Shown here: positions 26,880 to 40,566 of the stretch, in pieces
How the letters are laid out: every line of letters starts with the position of its first letter
Position numbering within the stretch: position 1 is the stretch's first letter
Source: Eledone cirrhosa
Taxonomy: Eukaryota
Direction of reading: 5' to 3'
DNA length: 64,000 nucleotides
Assembly: GCA_964016885.1 (NCBI GenBank)
Contig: OZ024743.1
Coordinates: 261,516,001 to 261,580,000 of the forward strand
Program-made: the position numbers and the translations under genes
The notes under the pieces: model-generated
Seen by the model: the letters and a program-made list of their open reading frames with translations, nothing else
What the model was told of the DNA's origin: nothing
Database searches by the model: none

Positions 26880-28373
26880 TATAGTGATGAAGTGAGAGAA
26901 AGGACAAACAGGCAAGGATCATGTAGTTAATACAAGTGTGGAAGATAAGATTAAATGGACAGTAATAGGAAGATGAAAAAAAAAACTAAGAGAAAGGGAA
27001 CGATTAATAAAAGCAAGAGGGGGGGAAATAAGGCGAGAACGGTAGAAAAAAAATAGAAATAGAATAAGAGAAAGTAGGAAGCCGGTTATGGGAGATAGGA
27101 TTGAGATAGTAATAGTAGAGTGAAGGGAGGAGTTGAGTGTAAGAGAATAAATGAGAGTAGAGGTGGAGTGAAGGATAGTTTCGAAGAAGAGGCGGTTGAG
27201 TGTAGTGTAGGCAGACGGAGGAGGAAGTGGAAAGAGTGACAAAGAGCGGGAGGAGGTGAATGGTTGAAGTTGGATCTCACTGGAATATCCAATGCTGAAT
27301 ACAACACAAAGGCGGCCACCAAGACATGAGTAAATAAACGACATTTCATTGTAAAGGTAGCGATTATTTGGGGGGGGGGGGTTATAAGGGCCGAAATGAG
27401 AACTACTACCGGTTCCTTTAGAACACAGAGTGTAGGAAGGAGCCATAGCACACTCCTTAACTTCTTTTCTCCCCTTTCTTGTTTAGTCACACCAACTCAC
27501 GTTCATGTTTGTTTTATAATATAAGAAATTTTACAAATATTTTTTTGAAAAGTATAAATCGTTTTCTCTTAAACAAAAACAAGGAGAGGGAATGTCAGGA
27601 AAACGATATCTTGTAACTGAAATCAAGACAAAGGCTGACTGGATACATAAATGGAGCAATTAGTCGTTTGGTTATAATTAACAAAGCAATGCATAAATGT
27701 TCGAAGCGACTTGGAGCCGTTAATGATTTTATGTATGCAGAGGAGAGAGAGATAGAAGTACAATGTGTCAGAAAGAGAAATAGGATGGGAAAACTCCTCC
27801 ATTGGATGGAGGAAGCTAAATAATACTTTATGCTGTTTATTTATTTATTTTTTTTACGTTTTTTTGCTGCCATTTAAAAAAAATTTGAGATAATGAGTGA
27901 TGAGAAAGATATTAAAATTCTGAAATAACCAAACAAGCGTAATTTACAGGCATGAAGATGACAAGAAGCACATTTAATAAGAAATATATATATATATATA
28001 TATATTTAACAATTATATTTGCTTTAAATATATTTGTTTAAAATTATTACTGAATATAACATTAGCAACAAATTATATAGTACGACAAAATTATTAAAAC
28101 GATCTTTTTCAACCAGTAGAAATACAAAGATTTAAACAAACACATTGATAGATGTATGTATGTATATATACATACACATGGCTATATATAGAGATACAGG
28201 CACAAGCGGCTATATATATATATATGTATGTATATACACACACGCGGCTACACTTCTACTTCGGCAGATGTATAGATATCGATACACAAAGAGAGATGAT
28301 TCTTCTTTTTTTACAGGTATGAGGGTATAATAAATATAACAGAGTTGGGAAGAAGAAACTTTCATATATCTAC

Positions 28374-28391
28374 CTTCTTATCATCAGGCAT
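28374..28391 (-). CDS. SUMO: SUMO2/3-like, coding exon 1 (MPDDKK)
   Basis: atcATG CCT GAT GAT AAG AAG|GTAGAT, phase 0, joins exon 2 in frame. A short M.D.KK first exon is typical of SUMO genes, and promoter motifs lie just upstream. Confidence 0.85.
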
Positions 28392-28458
28392 GATGCACCA
28401 CCAGCAATGGGTTTGGCGGATTAAACTTCTTTTTCACTAAAGAGAGAGACTGCGTACA

Positions 28459-28467
28459 AAAATGGCG
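28459..28467 (-). promoter_or_regulatory. YY1-type motif near the SUMO transcription start
   Basis: AAAATGGCG (CGCCATTTT) about 70 nt upstream of the ATG. Confidence 0.55.
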
Positions 28468-28518
28468 CACTCTACTTAATGTTATTCTTTTGCCCGACAC
28501 TTTAATGTTAACTCAAAT

Positions 28519-28528
28519 CTGATTGGTT
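28519..28528 (-). promoter_or_regulatory. CCAAT box (NF-Y consensus)
   Basis: AACCAATCAG on the minus strand about 130 nt upstream of the SUMO ATG. Confidence 0.55.
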
Positions 28529-30246
28529 CATTTGCTTGACCTTAAACTGCCCTTTTAAAATGTAGCTATTCAATTTTTTAAAACAAACATTTTATAAAAA
28601 TAGTTGTTATATATTTAATGCTATAGCTGTCTTTTTCTGACTAAAAACAACAATTCGAAATTTATTTTGTGGAATAAATTCGCTGCTGCTTGCTTGTAGT
28701 GACATATCCAATCAACGTGCCCGTTATGGCTTCCATTAATGTTTAGCTTTTTTGAAGACAAAAATTGAACAAAATTACAACTCTTAAATTTTGTTTGTCT
28801 GTTTTTTCCATATGAAGTCAATTATGTTCATAGATTAATTATATTTATATAAGTAATAACTACTAAATTTTGTTTATCTTTTACATATAAAATCATTTAT
28901 GTTCATTGAATAATTATATTTATATAAGTAATAACTAAAAAAGAATTGTATAAATATGTCCATTATTTTTATACTTTAATATTTTTTTAATACTTTACAA
29001 ATAAAAATTACTGTGGAAAATATAATATTGTGAATATTCACAGTAATGCTTGATAAGCAGGAGGAAAAGGTTATGTAGATATTTCGTTTTGTTAATAAAT
29101 GTGTGTGAGTAATTAAAATAAAGGTTGCTTATTTAGTCGTGCAGGTTCTAGGTCTGAAAATTGAGAGTTCCGCAACGATGGACAGCAACAGTAAGAAAAA
29201 AAATTTACATTTATAGTTCTCAAACTGAAAAATTCTAATTCCTTTCATTGTTTGCAATCGTTATTGGTGCAACTCAAAAGTAAAAACAAAACAAAAAATA
29301 TCCTAAACTAGACTAATTAAAGAATGTAATTAAGAGAGAGGGAGGGGACGGGTGTAATGCTAAATTACGCAATAACATAGGAATCCATTATATATATATA
29401 TATAATATAATAATGTAATATATATATATATATCTGTTGGTTGTTATCTCCCTTTGCTGGTAGTAGCTATATAAATAGTAAGCTATGAGGTATGAACAGT
29501 ATAATGATTTTTTAAAAGTTGTCTAAACAATAAAATAAAGAATGTGACTAGATTTATTAAATTCCTAGCAATAGCCGCGAAATTTTCATTAAACCACCCC
29601 TTATCGCCTTAATAAAAGGACATACTGTACGATATAGGCCTAGATATACTGTGCCTGAAAAAAAAAGGAATAGGGCGAGTTGGAATGCCTTTGAACATGG
29701 TTCCATTAGGTCAGGGTTGAATTTGGGGACAAGCAACAACCCATACAATACACAATGCAGTGGCGAACACCGTAGAAAGTATAGATGCAAAAAGCCCCAG
29801 CGAAGTGATATATTAACCTTTTATCGAACGAAGTGAAGGAACTTTACCTAGTTCCTCGGCCTGTTAGAAATGGCAGCCGGACTATTCTCAAAGTACCCTA
29901 CTATCGTCGTAGTAAATATTTTTTTTTTAATATATAGGACAATGATATCCCCGTTATATAAAAAAATGAGATGGTCACGCTTGGACTGCCTTTGATCATT
30001 CTGGGCAAATCAACTACAGTCTAGTGTCGATTCCCGGTCATATTTATTACACATCACTTTGTAATGTTAATTACCTTCGGAAAAGATTTTAACGCCCTAT
30101 AATCTCTCATATTACTCCCCACTTCTTGCTGAACTCAGTCGAACTCGATCAATTATTGTTATAAAGGCAAAAAATAGTTGTTCAAGCAAAATCAAACATC
30201 TCGATTTATTTATTTATTTTACACTGTGTGCGATAAATAAAATAAA

Positions 30247-30366
30247 TAATCGTTAAATTTGTGCTCCAACATTATTTTGACGCACTCTCCAGTTGAATGC
30301 ACATAAAACCATTAATCGTTAAATTTGTGCTCCAACATTATTTTGCCGCGCCCTTCGGTTGAATGA
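30247..30366. repeat. Tandem duplication, period 66 bp
   Basis: TAATCGTTAAATTTGTGCTCCAACATTATTTTG at 30247 and 30313. Confidence 0.85.
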
Positions 30367-30742
30367 ACCTAAAAAAAAACTACTTTTCAGTCCTCGACCA
30401 CACGGGAATCGACTCTTATTTATTTATCTTCCATGTACTCTATCGTTTGGTGTGTTGTTTTCCGTTTACTTTTCGCATATATATATAATAGGTAATTAAA
30501 TTATTTAATTTTTCAAAATACCACGACGACATGAGATAAATTTTGTAGAAAATAAATATTTCCTGTCTCTTTCAATATTCAATGATTAATTTGTACTCGT
30601 TGATGAGTCATTGTGTAACAGAAATTGGAAAATCTTCCACAATAATTTCATTCAAAACATTCTTTTTCCGCTTTTTTTATTTGACTACTCCATAACATGG
30701 CACCACCAATAAAAAAAAGACTCACATTCGTCAGATTTCAGA

Positions 30743-30777
<35 letters not shown>

Positions 30778-30883
30778 GTATAGAATAAGTGCTCAAGTTC
30801 TATCTTTTTATTTTATTACGAATTGTTCATATCTCCTTATTAGTTTGGTTCACTAGCATTCATAAATCCATGATCCATGTCTG

Positions 30884-30920
30884 CTAACGTTTCGAGACTT
30901 TCACAACACCCTCTTCAGAA
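30884..30920 (-). ncRNA. Minimal hammerhead ribozyme motif with intact core (Penelope pLTR-type)
   Basis: Minus strand TT-CTGAAGA-GGG tgttgtgaaagt CTC-GAAACGTT-AG with palindromic stem III and AATAAA downstream. Stem I is weak. Confidence 0.55.
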
Positions 30921-31124
30921 TAAAAATAGTGGCGTATTATTCACGGCCATTGCATGGGTCACAAGGGATGAAAGTACCAGTAGAAGCATGGACGCCAGAT
31001 TGTTAGAATAGTTAATATCTAAAGTCAAACTGTTTTTTTATAATAAATTTCATGTATGCTGTATTTGTGTTAATCTTTAGCTAATGATTTAATATTAGTA
31101 AATGTGGGCGTGCTTATTCCATGA

Positions 31125-31530
31125 CGCAAAAATGCACCCAGTCTACTTAGGTAGGTGGTCATGCTGGTGACACGACACAAAAAATGTACCAAGCCCATTT
31201 TGATAGGTGGTTGTGCCAGCACAAAGACAAAAAAGCACCCAGTCCATCCTGTAAGGTGGTCATTCTGGTGACACTTCAAAAAGAACTCAGTCTACCCTAT
31301 AAGGTGGTCATCTTGGTTCCATGACAAAAAAAAAAGCACCCAGTCCACCCTGTAAATTGGTCGTTCTAGTGATATGACAAAAAGCACCCAGTCCATCTTG
31401 TAAGGTGGTTGATATTAGGAAATGTATCCAGCCGTAGAAAGCCAGGCCCAAAACATTGAGTAAGGCATGGTTACCTGAACTGGCTGGCCTCATAACATGA
31501 CAGCTTGTCTAATCTATGCAAGCATGGTTC
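31125..31530 (+). repeat. ~45-bp tandem array from the RTE 3'UTR followed by RTE tail
   Basis: 6-7 degenerate units of AAAAAGCACCCAGTCCAYCCTGTAAGGTGGTCA. The same unit occurs at 60190-60290 and, inverted, at 4990-5140 and 3120-3210. Confidence 0.75.
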
Positions 31531-32344
31531 TATGATACATGACTGTTAGTTTTACAGTGCTTATGTTTATCTAGAAACCTAAAAATGTATTAGCTTAATG
31601 ATAAGAAATTTAGTTATAGTAATAAACCCCTTCAAATTCATGATTATTTTCAAAATTAGATAAAATCCATAGGCAATGTCTTTCATTAGAAATATGGTAA
31701 TAAAAGGTTTGAAAGACAAACACAAGATATGCTGGAACAGGTAGAGAATGGTCAATAGAGAGACACTGATATACAATACTGTCCTACATGAAGGCATGTA
31801 GCCTAATGATATGAGAATTGGACTTAACAATCATTATGTTGTGGGTTCAATTCCTGGACTGGGCTGTGTTTTCTTCTTGAGCAAAACAGTTGATTTCATG
31901 TTTCAGTATACTCAGCTGAAAATGAGCACCTGCAATAGCTGGAGGTTTAACCCTGCAATGAACTGTCACCCTGTCCAGGGAGAGTCATGTAGTCTTAATC
32001 ATTTAAAATCAAGCAAATCAGAATAGACACCAGCACTAGCTAGGGATTTAGTCCTGCAATAGATTGGCATCCTGTCCGTGAGGGAGTCTTGTACTCTCAG
32101 TCACTTAATGCCAAAAAACACAGAGTACCCCTGGCCTAATTAATGAGCCTCTTAACTTGAGAAAGGCTTTAGACTTTTGACAGATTACAACACCAAAGTG
32201 ACTGTCATAAAATAGCCTCATTTAAAATATTGATCCACTAGTGTAGTTTAATCATTTCATTACCATATTTCTAATGAAACACTACTTATAGTTTTGAAAT
32301 AATTTTGAGGGATTTAGTAATATAGCACACACACACGCACATCC

Positions 32345-32375
<31 letters not shown>

Positions 32376-32626
32376 CAAAAAGTAAATGGAAACATCAAAG
32401 CAAACAACACAGTACAATGAAGAAATATTAGTTTAATGCTTGATATAGTAGAAAAAGAGTCTTTACACTAGTCCATCATCAGGAGATGGCATGAAAAATA
32501 AAAGATGAAATGAGGAAATAGAAAGATAAAGAGTAAGAAGAGGAAGGAAATGGAAAAACATTTTTTGAGCAGATGTGTATTCAGTCAGCTATTTTATATA
32601 TATATATATATATAATGTAAGGTAGC

Positions 32627-32854
32627 ATGACTCAAGCACTCCACACCCACATTAAAGAACACCTCAACTTACACGCATCCTTATTCAAAAAAGACATTGA
32701 CAAATGCAGAAACACCAACAAAAATATAACAGTCAATATTGAAGCCAGAGACAGAAATGTGGGCAATTTAAGAATTAAGGAAGCCTTGCTGATACGTAGA
32801 CTCAACCCACAAATAAATAATAGATTAAAACTCAGCACACAATACTTGACATAA
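32627..32854 (+). mobile_element. Penelope-like GIY-YIG endonuclease C-terminal fragment
   Basis: T..L..HIKEH and LRIKEALLIRRLNPQIN motifs. Confidence 0.7.
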
Positions 32855-33019
32855 AAGGACACACCCACACACATGCAACCTAAAAAACATCTCATACAAG
32901 AAAATTGATTCCATGAAATATTACATTGGCAAATGACATCATACTTGAACTTTTTGTGAATAACATCATCATTTAAAGGTCAATGCTTTAGGTGTCAGGG
33001 TCTACACATGGCAAGAGAC

Positions 33020-34520
33020 CACAAGGAGCCAATTTGCTACCAGTGTAAGTGAGCATGCCACATCACCAGCAATTGCAACAAGGGAAATGGTAAAAAGGGG
33101 GAGCACTGTGCCAATAGCTACTCCTGCAAGCAAACAGGGGCACTCCTGCAGTTGCTGCCCGTAGTGGAGGTTCTGGTGGCGGGGGAGGTATCAGAAGCCC
33201 TTGTGGACATGGGTTGCACAATGACATTAGTGACTCCAGAGAGGGTTAAAAACTGGAGAGGAATGAGCAGCATGAGGGCAATTAATGGTAGAGAGATCAG
33301 ATGTAGAAGCAGCAGAGATGGTGGTATGGAGAAACAAGAATAAGGCTGCGAATGATTGTGATCAACCATGTGGTGGATGGAGTTGATGCGGTGATGGGCA
33401 TGGATATAATCATCTGTTTAGGAGGTGTTAGAGTTATAGGATGGGGTAATATGTGGTGATGCATGGGCACCATGTACCATGAGTGTGCATACGGAGAGAT
33501 GGGAGAGGCCTGAAGGAAAATGTGTTGCACACACCATTAAAGATAAGGACTTTCAGGCTACATTTGAAGGTTAGCGATGGACAGTTGGAAGGGAGAGGCC
33601 CCAACATTGAGTAATAACGTGAGCTGCTATTAGCAAACTCAGAAAGGAGATACCAGAAACGAGTTCGGGGGAGAGGTAGAAAGATGGATTGAGGACGGTT
33701 TTTTTAATCCCCTGGAAAGAGGAAAAGAGCGGAGTGTTATCACTAATAGCAATGGTGTAACCAACAAAAAACAAGGTCAGACCAGTACTGGACTTTTTGA
33801 GAGTTGAACAAACACATATCATGCCACATGGGCTGTGAGGTAACAGACGTCTGCGGAGAAACTTTGCAAGAGTGGAGACAGATGATGACGGGAGCTTCCA
33901 CAATCATCCACTTGAAGTCAGCATATCTGCAGCTACACATGGCCGAGGAACTATAGAAGTACCAGCTAGTAAGATATAAAGTCAGACATACAGTTTGAAC
34001 AGACTGGAGTTTGGGCTGAATTCAGCACCAAAGATCACAGATCATTGCGACAGTTCTCAAGGCCATCCTAGGAAAGGTGGACATGGTGGAAAGGGCCACC
34101 AACTCCTACATTGATGACATCTTAGCAGACAAGACTGGTGTCAGCAACAGAGCTCATAGGCCAGCTAAAGAGGTTTGGATTAACCATGAAACCACCAGAG
34201 GCAATGGAAGGAGGAGCTGCATTGAGACTGAAGCTGCGAAGAGACAAGGTGGGCATATTGGCATTTCAGAGGCGAAATGAAATCCTGGAACTGGGCATCA
34301 GCATGAACTGATGAGAAATGTTCTCAATGTGTAGGAAAGTAATGGGCCATTATTCACTTGCGGGGTGGCTCTGAATAGCATGTAGCCACATCCAGAGATG
34401 TGCTAACTGCGTGAGCAGGAGAGACAGAGTGGGAAAGAGGACAGTGGGCATGATGCGGGAATCCTGGAGAAGGTAAAGCCAGAGGACCAAGTAAAAGGAA
34501 GCTGGTATGTACCCAAATTA
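33020..34520 (+). mobile_element. Gypsy LTR retrotransposon pol remnant (protease and RT)
   Basis: ALVDMG (aspartic protease), KVRPVLDF..LNKH, IIHLKSAYLQL, RL.FGLNSAPKI, SYIDDIL, with many lesions. Confidence 0.8.
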
Positions 34521-34539
34521 AAGAACAGGACCATATGGA

Positions 34540-35930
34540 TACATACAAACAAGGAAAACCATAAAAAACATCACAAGCCAATCTAGCAACATCTTTATCA
34601 ATGGCTTGACTGTTTCACCAGTATCTGACGAGGACTGCTACAGATACTTAGGGATACAGGAAAATATAGCCTTTGATAGAATATGTAACAAGGAAAAAGT
34701 AACCAGGGAATATAACTACCAAATAAGAAAAATATAGTCTTCAGAACTCTATGTGCACAATAAATCAGTAGCTCACAACATACTTGCTGTGCCTGTGCTG
34801 ATACCAACATCTGGACTATGAGATTTGAGTCATTGATGTTAAATCCCAAAACGTTCTAACCAGCATCAGAAATTCCATATCAACAGTGACATTGACTGCC
34901 TCTACTTAAAACATAAACAGAGAAACAAAGAATTTGAGCATTGCATCATATCCTTCTGACAACATCTATGAACCACCAAGCATAGAAGCCATTCAATAGA
35001 ACAAGGTTGTTTACATGAGGCAGATAAAATAACGAGAGTTGGGAAGGAGCTCCTTGAGAAATATTCCCTGCATGAAAACCAAAAAATTACAACCAGAGAA
35101 ATTGCACCAAATTGCAACAAATCCATAGATGAAAACTGCATACTTATCAGTAAAATATCATGCATGGCTATGTTATCAGAAAGATTCAAAATGAGAGTAA
35201 TATAGATAAGCAAAGTAGTCTATCTTGGACCAACAGCCGGTATATTAGCTCTCAATTTGAAGGATATGCTTTTGCAATCCCAAAACAATAACTGATGCAC
35301 AAAAGAGATAGAGATGCAGGCAAAACACTTAAATCTGACAACAGATAAATACTCTGCAAAATAAACATTAAGGATGTCACCCATACCATAAGCAACTGTC
35401 CAAAGATATCATAATACTATCTATCTATGAGACATGATGTAGTGGCCAAATAACTATATAATGCAATCCATAGAAAGGATCGTCCTGAGAATAAACATAA
35501 AAAGTTACAGTGATATGGCAGACATACACATACATATGAAAGACTACTGGTGGAATGTTCTAGTCTAAACCCCAATAAAATGCAAACACAACAAACCAGA
35601 CATAGTAATATGGGATAGAGAAAAGAAAGCATTTACATTAGTGGAGATCATCTGCCTAGCAGATTTTAATATAAAGATTAGCAAAAAGGAGACCATTTAT
35701 GCTGAACTAATGAGAAATCTGCAGATATTCCAGCCTGATTATACCTTTAGATTTGTACCTGTGACCATTGGGGTTGTTGGGTATGTTACTAACTGCCTCA
35801 GCGCAAATATTGAGAAATTTGGTTTCACAGAACCAGAAAGAGTATGACTAGTTAGAAAGTTGCAAGTACAGTCCATTAATGGAACTTTAAGAATATAAAA
35901 TGATGTAAAACATTTGAGAAATTCAGCATA
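34540..35930 (+). mobile_element. R4/Dong-like non-LTR element, degraded C-terminal half
   Basis: H.IS.C, RHDVVAK, KPDIVIWD, VEIIC.AD, KE..YAEL, FVPVTIGVVG (zinc knuckle plus REL). Confidence 0.7.
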
Positions 35931-36199
35931 TAACTGCATATACATGTTGATAGATACAGAAACATATGCATGTGTACACATATAACTCAAAACATACAGA
36001 TCCACACATGCAATAACATCCATACCTGCATACACACACACCAACATATATGTATTTCTGAAGTTCATGTCTAAATTCCAATGAAAGAGTTTTGTTCCTA
36101 TGTTAGAAACCAATTCTCTCTATTGATGAAAATTTATAAAATAATAAAACCAGAAGAACATACATGATGGTGATGACTTCAATACAAAGATACATTAAA

Positions 36200-37413
36200 T
36201 TAAAGGTTGGGTCCTCCCAGTGTGCATGCACATTGGTGTCTGGTCTGGCAGATCCGTCCATAGTGACCACAGGAAAATTTCCTTGTTTTGCTTTGCTCCA
36301 TCCTGACCCAGCCCTTCTCCTGGCTTACACGATGGTTTGCCTCAAATATGCTGGTGGCCTGCTGGATGGTGTGGCACCAAGCATCGCAGCCAGCAGTAAG
36401 GCAGGTCCATTGCTGGGGGTTGATGTTATATGTTTTCATGGTCTTTTTTAACATTTTTTATACTGCTTCTTGGGTGCACCGCTGTTTCAACTGTCAGAAG
36501 CAATTCTCTGTAGAGCACAATCTTTGGCAGGTGATGGTCTGCCATTCTAGCTATATCTTCATAAGAGTGGCCTCGATACTGGTGGTGTTGGCTCTCTCGA
36601 GGACCCCTGTGTTGGTGAAATAGTCACTCCAGCAGATTTTTAGTATGGTGCATAGACAGCATTAGTGGAATCTCTCCAGGTGATTGGTGTGACAGCGATA
36701 CAAGACCTGTCTCAGAGACGATTAAAAAGGTGGAAGTTTTGTCTGTTTTTAGGGTGTTATTTCTCCACACCCTTGTGAAAATTCTCCCAAAGGCGCTGCT
36801 GGCTTTGGCTAACATTCTGTCCAATTCTTTGTCAATTCTAGTGTCAGTGGAAATGACACTCCTAAGATAGCAGAACGTCTGCACAGTGTTCAGCTTGGCC
36901 TGCTTAATAGAGATATTTAGTGGATGGTATACATCTTGGGGAGCAGCAGGCTGGTGGAGGATTCCAGGCTTCTTCAAGCTACCTCCAGGCCAAAGAGATC
37001 AGAAACGTTTGCAAAGCATGAAGTTAGGCGTTGCATGGCTCTCTCATTGCACACAAGTGCGGCACCGTCAGCAAACAGGAGCTCTCAGATCAGTTTTTAG
37101 TGTTCTTGGTGTGTGCCTACAACCGTCTCAGGTTGAAGAGGTTTCCATCAGTGCAAAGTCTAATGTAGACCCCCTCGTTCTCCCGCAGATCTTTCATGGT
37201 TTGTTTCAGCAACATGTTGAAAAATAAGAACAGAGTTGGAGCGAGAATGCAACCCTGCTTCACACTGATAGTGATTTGGAAGGGCTGAGACAAGTCATTT
37301 CCAAGTCTGACCCTACCAACCTGTCCATCATGGAGCTGGGAAATCATGGTAAGGAACTTTGGTGGGCAGCCCTGCTTTTCCAGAATTTGCCACTGTCCTT
37401 TTCTGCTCACCAA
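36200..37413 (-). mobile_element. RTE-clade LINE RT fragment
   Basis: GCPPKFL.MI.QLHDG, VKQGCILAPTLF, GNLFNLRRL, LFADGA, FCYL.S.IS, KASSAFGR. Confidence 0.85.
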
Positions 37414-39199
37414 TTTGCTTGTTATGAGTAGTGTATGTACTCAACTGAATAAAATCCAGTTTATTACTGGTACGTATTTTATCCACCAAGATGGATGAAA
37501 AGTAAACTCAGCCTTGGTGATTTTGGAACTTAGAACACAAACATATGCAACTATATACAGCACATGGTTTTAGTATGGCACCCTGCCATTTCTGCCAGTC
37601 TATTGACTTCTTAACAGAAGAAAAATTATGATATCTAACTTTTTTGTTTTATAGGCTTAGTCCAAGAATGAAGGTAGCAACCATGACCCTCTCAAAGAAA
37701 CTATGATTAGTGGAAGAAAGGTTATCCTCAGACCATGTCTGAATACTTGCAACACAACAGACTGTGCTAAATGCACCCAAGGACCAGGTGGAGGTGTTAA
37801 AATAGGTGAACAGGGCTGGATTAACGATTAAGTAAAATAAATACATGTTTAGAACATCAAGGGATGAGGAGTACCATGAAAATTTACATAGGGTGGTTGA
37901 GGTAGAGGACATCATAATCTTTTAAGTGCTTAGGCCCTGAAAAGGATTTAATCTGGCCTTGCAGGAAACAGATTGTTTCCCACACAAACATGGGAGTGCT
38001 CCCTCCAATGGGCTTTCACACAGTTTCTGTGGACCAAATTCCACTCTTTAGGCTTTGGTCCACCAGATACTATAGTAGAAGACACTTTCCTAAGGTGCTG
38101 TACACTGGGATTGAACCTGAAACCATGTAGTTATAAAATTAACTTCTTAACCACACAGCCAAAATTGTGCTTCATGACAAGACTGCAAAGTTTAGGAGAG
38201 GAAGAAGCAAAATTGATTAAATCAACCACAGAAAGATAAATTGCAAAGACAATCCCAAGGGGAATTGAACTTAAAATATAAGGTATATAACTAAATACTG
38301 CAAAGTATTTTGTGTGGCACTTTATCGTTACTGCAGCTCTGTTGGTTTCCTTAATTGGCGCAAAATCACATATTTTTATTGGATGGATACAGTGAAATTA
38401 ATCAACTTCAGTATTTGACTGGTACCCAGAAGGATGCAACTTAAAACTGGCAGGATTTGAACTCAGAAAGTAAAGTATGTTACTATTTATTTATTTAAAT
38501 GTTTATATATCGCTAGTAATGTATAATGGTTTAGGAGAGATATCTAATACCTTTTACAGTTAAAAAACAAAAACAAGGTCGACAGGGAAATAAAAAAAAA
38601 AGAGAGAGAAGGCTACTGGGAAGCAAAAGAGGCATAAAGAAGATTTTTTTTTAAAGTAAAAAACATGGGCAGCTATAAAACAACTAAACGTTTCTGTTGT
38701 TGAATTTTTTCGTAGCTTCCATGTACTGAAAGAGCTTGTTTATAGTTGGTAGATCTTTGACAATATATCGTATCTCCAAGCTCAGTAGTTTTTTAATGAT
38801 CAACTTCACAATGTTCTCTTTCTCAGACTGATAGTTGTTGCATATGAACAAAATACTGCAAAGCCTCTTTGTCTGGTACTCGGTCGTTTCTGCCACTTAA
38901 CTACCATCTTAATATTGATTTCTAACTAAAGCACAAGGCCAGCAATTTTGATTAGATCAACCCCAGTACTTGACTGGTACTTTATTATACCCCCACCCCA
39001 TTTTCTACCAAGTCTGTACATCCACTATCCTAATAATAACAGTAGCGGTTTCTTGTCTTACAACATTTTTAATGAAGGTTGCCAAATCTACTTTTATCAA
39101 GGGAGGTAACTGTGAATATTCAAGGGAAACTAATCTTTACGGTATTGAAACAATTGGACGTCTCCTTTTATTATAGATCTTCTTTGTAAGTTCTGGTAG

Positions 39200-39480
39200 A
39201 GTCGTATGGGCGTCGTAGTGTCTGTCATACGATTCTTGGGCATCTTTTAAATCTGACGGGGACCATCCCCTCTCCAGGTTTGAACACAGCTAATTTCTCC
39301 CTCTTCCAAAGGGGGGTGAGAAAGAGATATAGAGGAAGAAATGACCCAGTACTGGACTGGTACTTTTTATCGACATGAGAAGGATAAACGACAAGGTTGG
39401 CCTCGACGGGATTTGAACGCAGCGAGCCTGACTGAATACCGCAAAACATTCTATCCGATATTCTAACAACTCTGCTAATT
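39200..39480 (-). mobile_element. Composite (extended-tail) tRNA SINE
   Basis: Inverted homolog of 39553-39870 and 57857-58130 (SINE head plus TTCTTCCTCTATATCTC..GGAGAGGGAT..AAAATG). Confidence 0.65.
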
Positions 39481-39527
39481 GCGTAGTTCATGTTAAGCTA
39501 AAAATGTATTAAGTTATTCTCCTCCTA

Positions 39528-40282
39528 AGTTCGGTGCGCTGAGTTATGTCCCTGGTGGCGAATTGGCAGAGACGTTAGAAAGCTTTACGGTGTCCGTTCC
39601 GGCTCTCTGCTCTCTGAGTTCAAATCACGCCGAGGTCAACTTTGCCTTTCGTCCCATCGAGGTCGATAAAAAAAGTACCAATCTAGTATTGGGTCGATTC
39701 TTCCTCTATATATCTTTCTCATTTCATCTCTCTTACTTTCTATCTTTCTTTGGAAGAAATCTGCTGTACTCATGTCTGGAGAGGGATAGGCTCCGCCAGG
39801 TTAAAATGTCCAAGAAACGCTGTATGTCAACACGACTCAATCAGGAGTTACGGGACCATACATACACACCCAAAGGCAAAAACTTAGATACTGATATCTT
39901 CTGCAACCACCAAACAAACTAATATTCCATTGTCTTATATAATAGCTGTGTCGTGGAATATCATAATATTCCACGACACAACTTTGCAGTATTCAGTCAG
40001 GCTCTCTGCGTTCAAATCCCGTCGAGGTCAAATCTTGCTTTTTATCCTTTTGAGGTCGATAAAAAAAAAGTACCAGTCCAGTACCGAGCCGTTTCTTCCT
40101 CTATATCTCTTTCTCATTTCCTCTTTTCCTATTGGAAGAATATCGTGATATTCCACGACACAGCCGTTATAGAAGACAATGGAATATTAGTTAACTTGTT
40201 TTGCTTGGAAGCATGTGACCGGATATCAGTATCTTAGTTTTGCCTTTAAGTACACAGGGACATAACTCAACGCACCGAAACT
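39528..40282. mobile_element. Palindromic MITE carrying two SINE insertions (about 39553-39870 and 39980-40137)
   Basis: Termini TTCGGTGCGCTGAGTTATGTCCCTG / CAGGGACATAACTCAACGCACCGAA. Inner arms 39872-39960 and 40150-40247 are reverse complements. Confidence 0.7.
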
Positions 40283-40566
40283 ATTAATGTATTTTCTTTA
40301 GAATTTTCGTTTTGTTTTTGTTGTCAGTTCTGTAACACAAAACAACGAGAGAACCTCTAATAGGTCAAATAGCGCACTAGAAATAGCTGCTAGATCTCTC
40401 TTAAGTCACACTTGAAAAAATGAAAGGACACATTAGATGATATAGTTCTAAATGTTCGATTTTGCTTTTAGTAGAACATTTTTTGTGGACGTAGACAGGG
40501 CGTCTTCCGCTAAAGCACACCTAGTGTGCTTATAACTAATGTGTCTTCATGTATCAATATTAAAGA

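Noticed and set aside
31125-31420. CRISPR-like regularly spaced repeats
   Set aside because: Whole ~45-bp units are homologous with no unique spacers, there are no cas genes, the context is eukaryotic, and the unit derives from the RTE 3'UTR
37655-37925. Plus-strand exon after a ttttatAG acceptor (partner for the 29178 candidate exon)
   Set aside because: The phase-compatible frame hits a stop within five codons, and no protein motif is recognisable
38684-38896. 70-aa minus-strand ORF
   Set aside because: No splice or domain support. It may be a LINE C-terminal scrap, but the evidence is too weak to call
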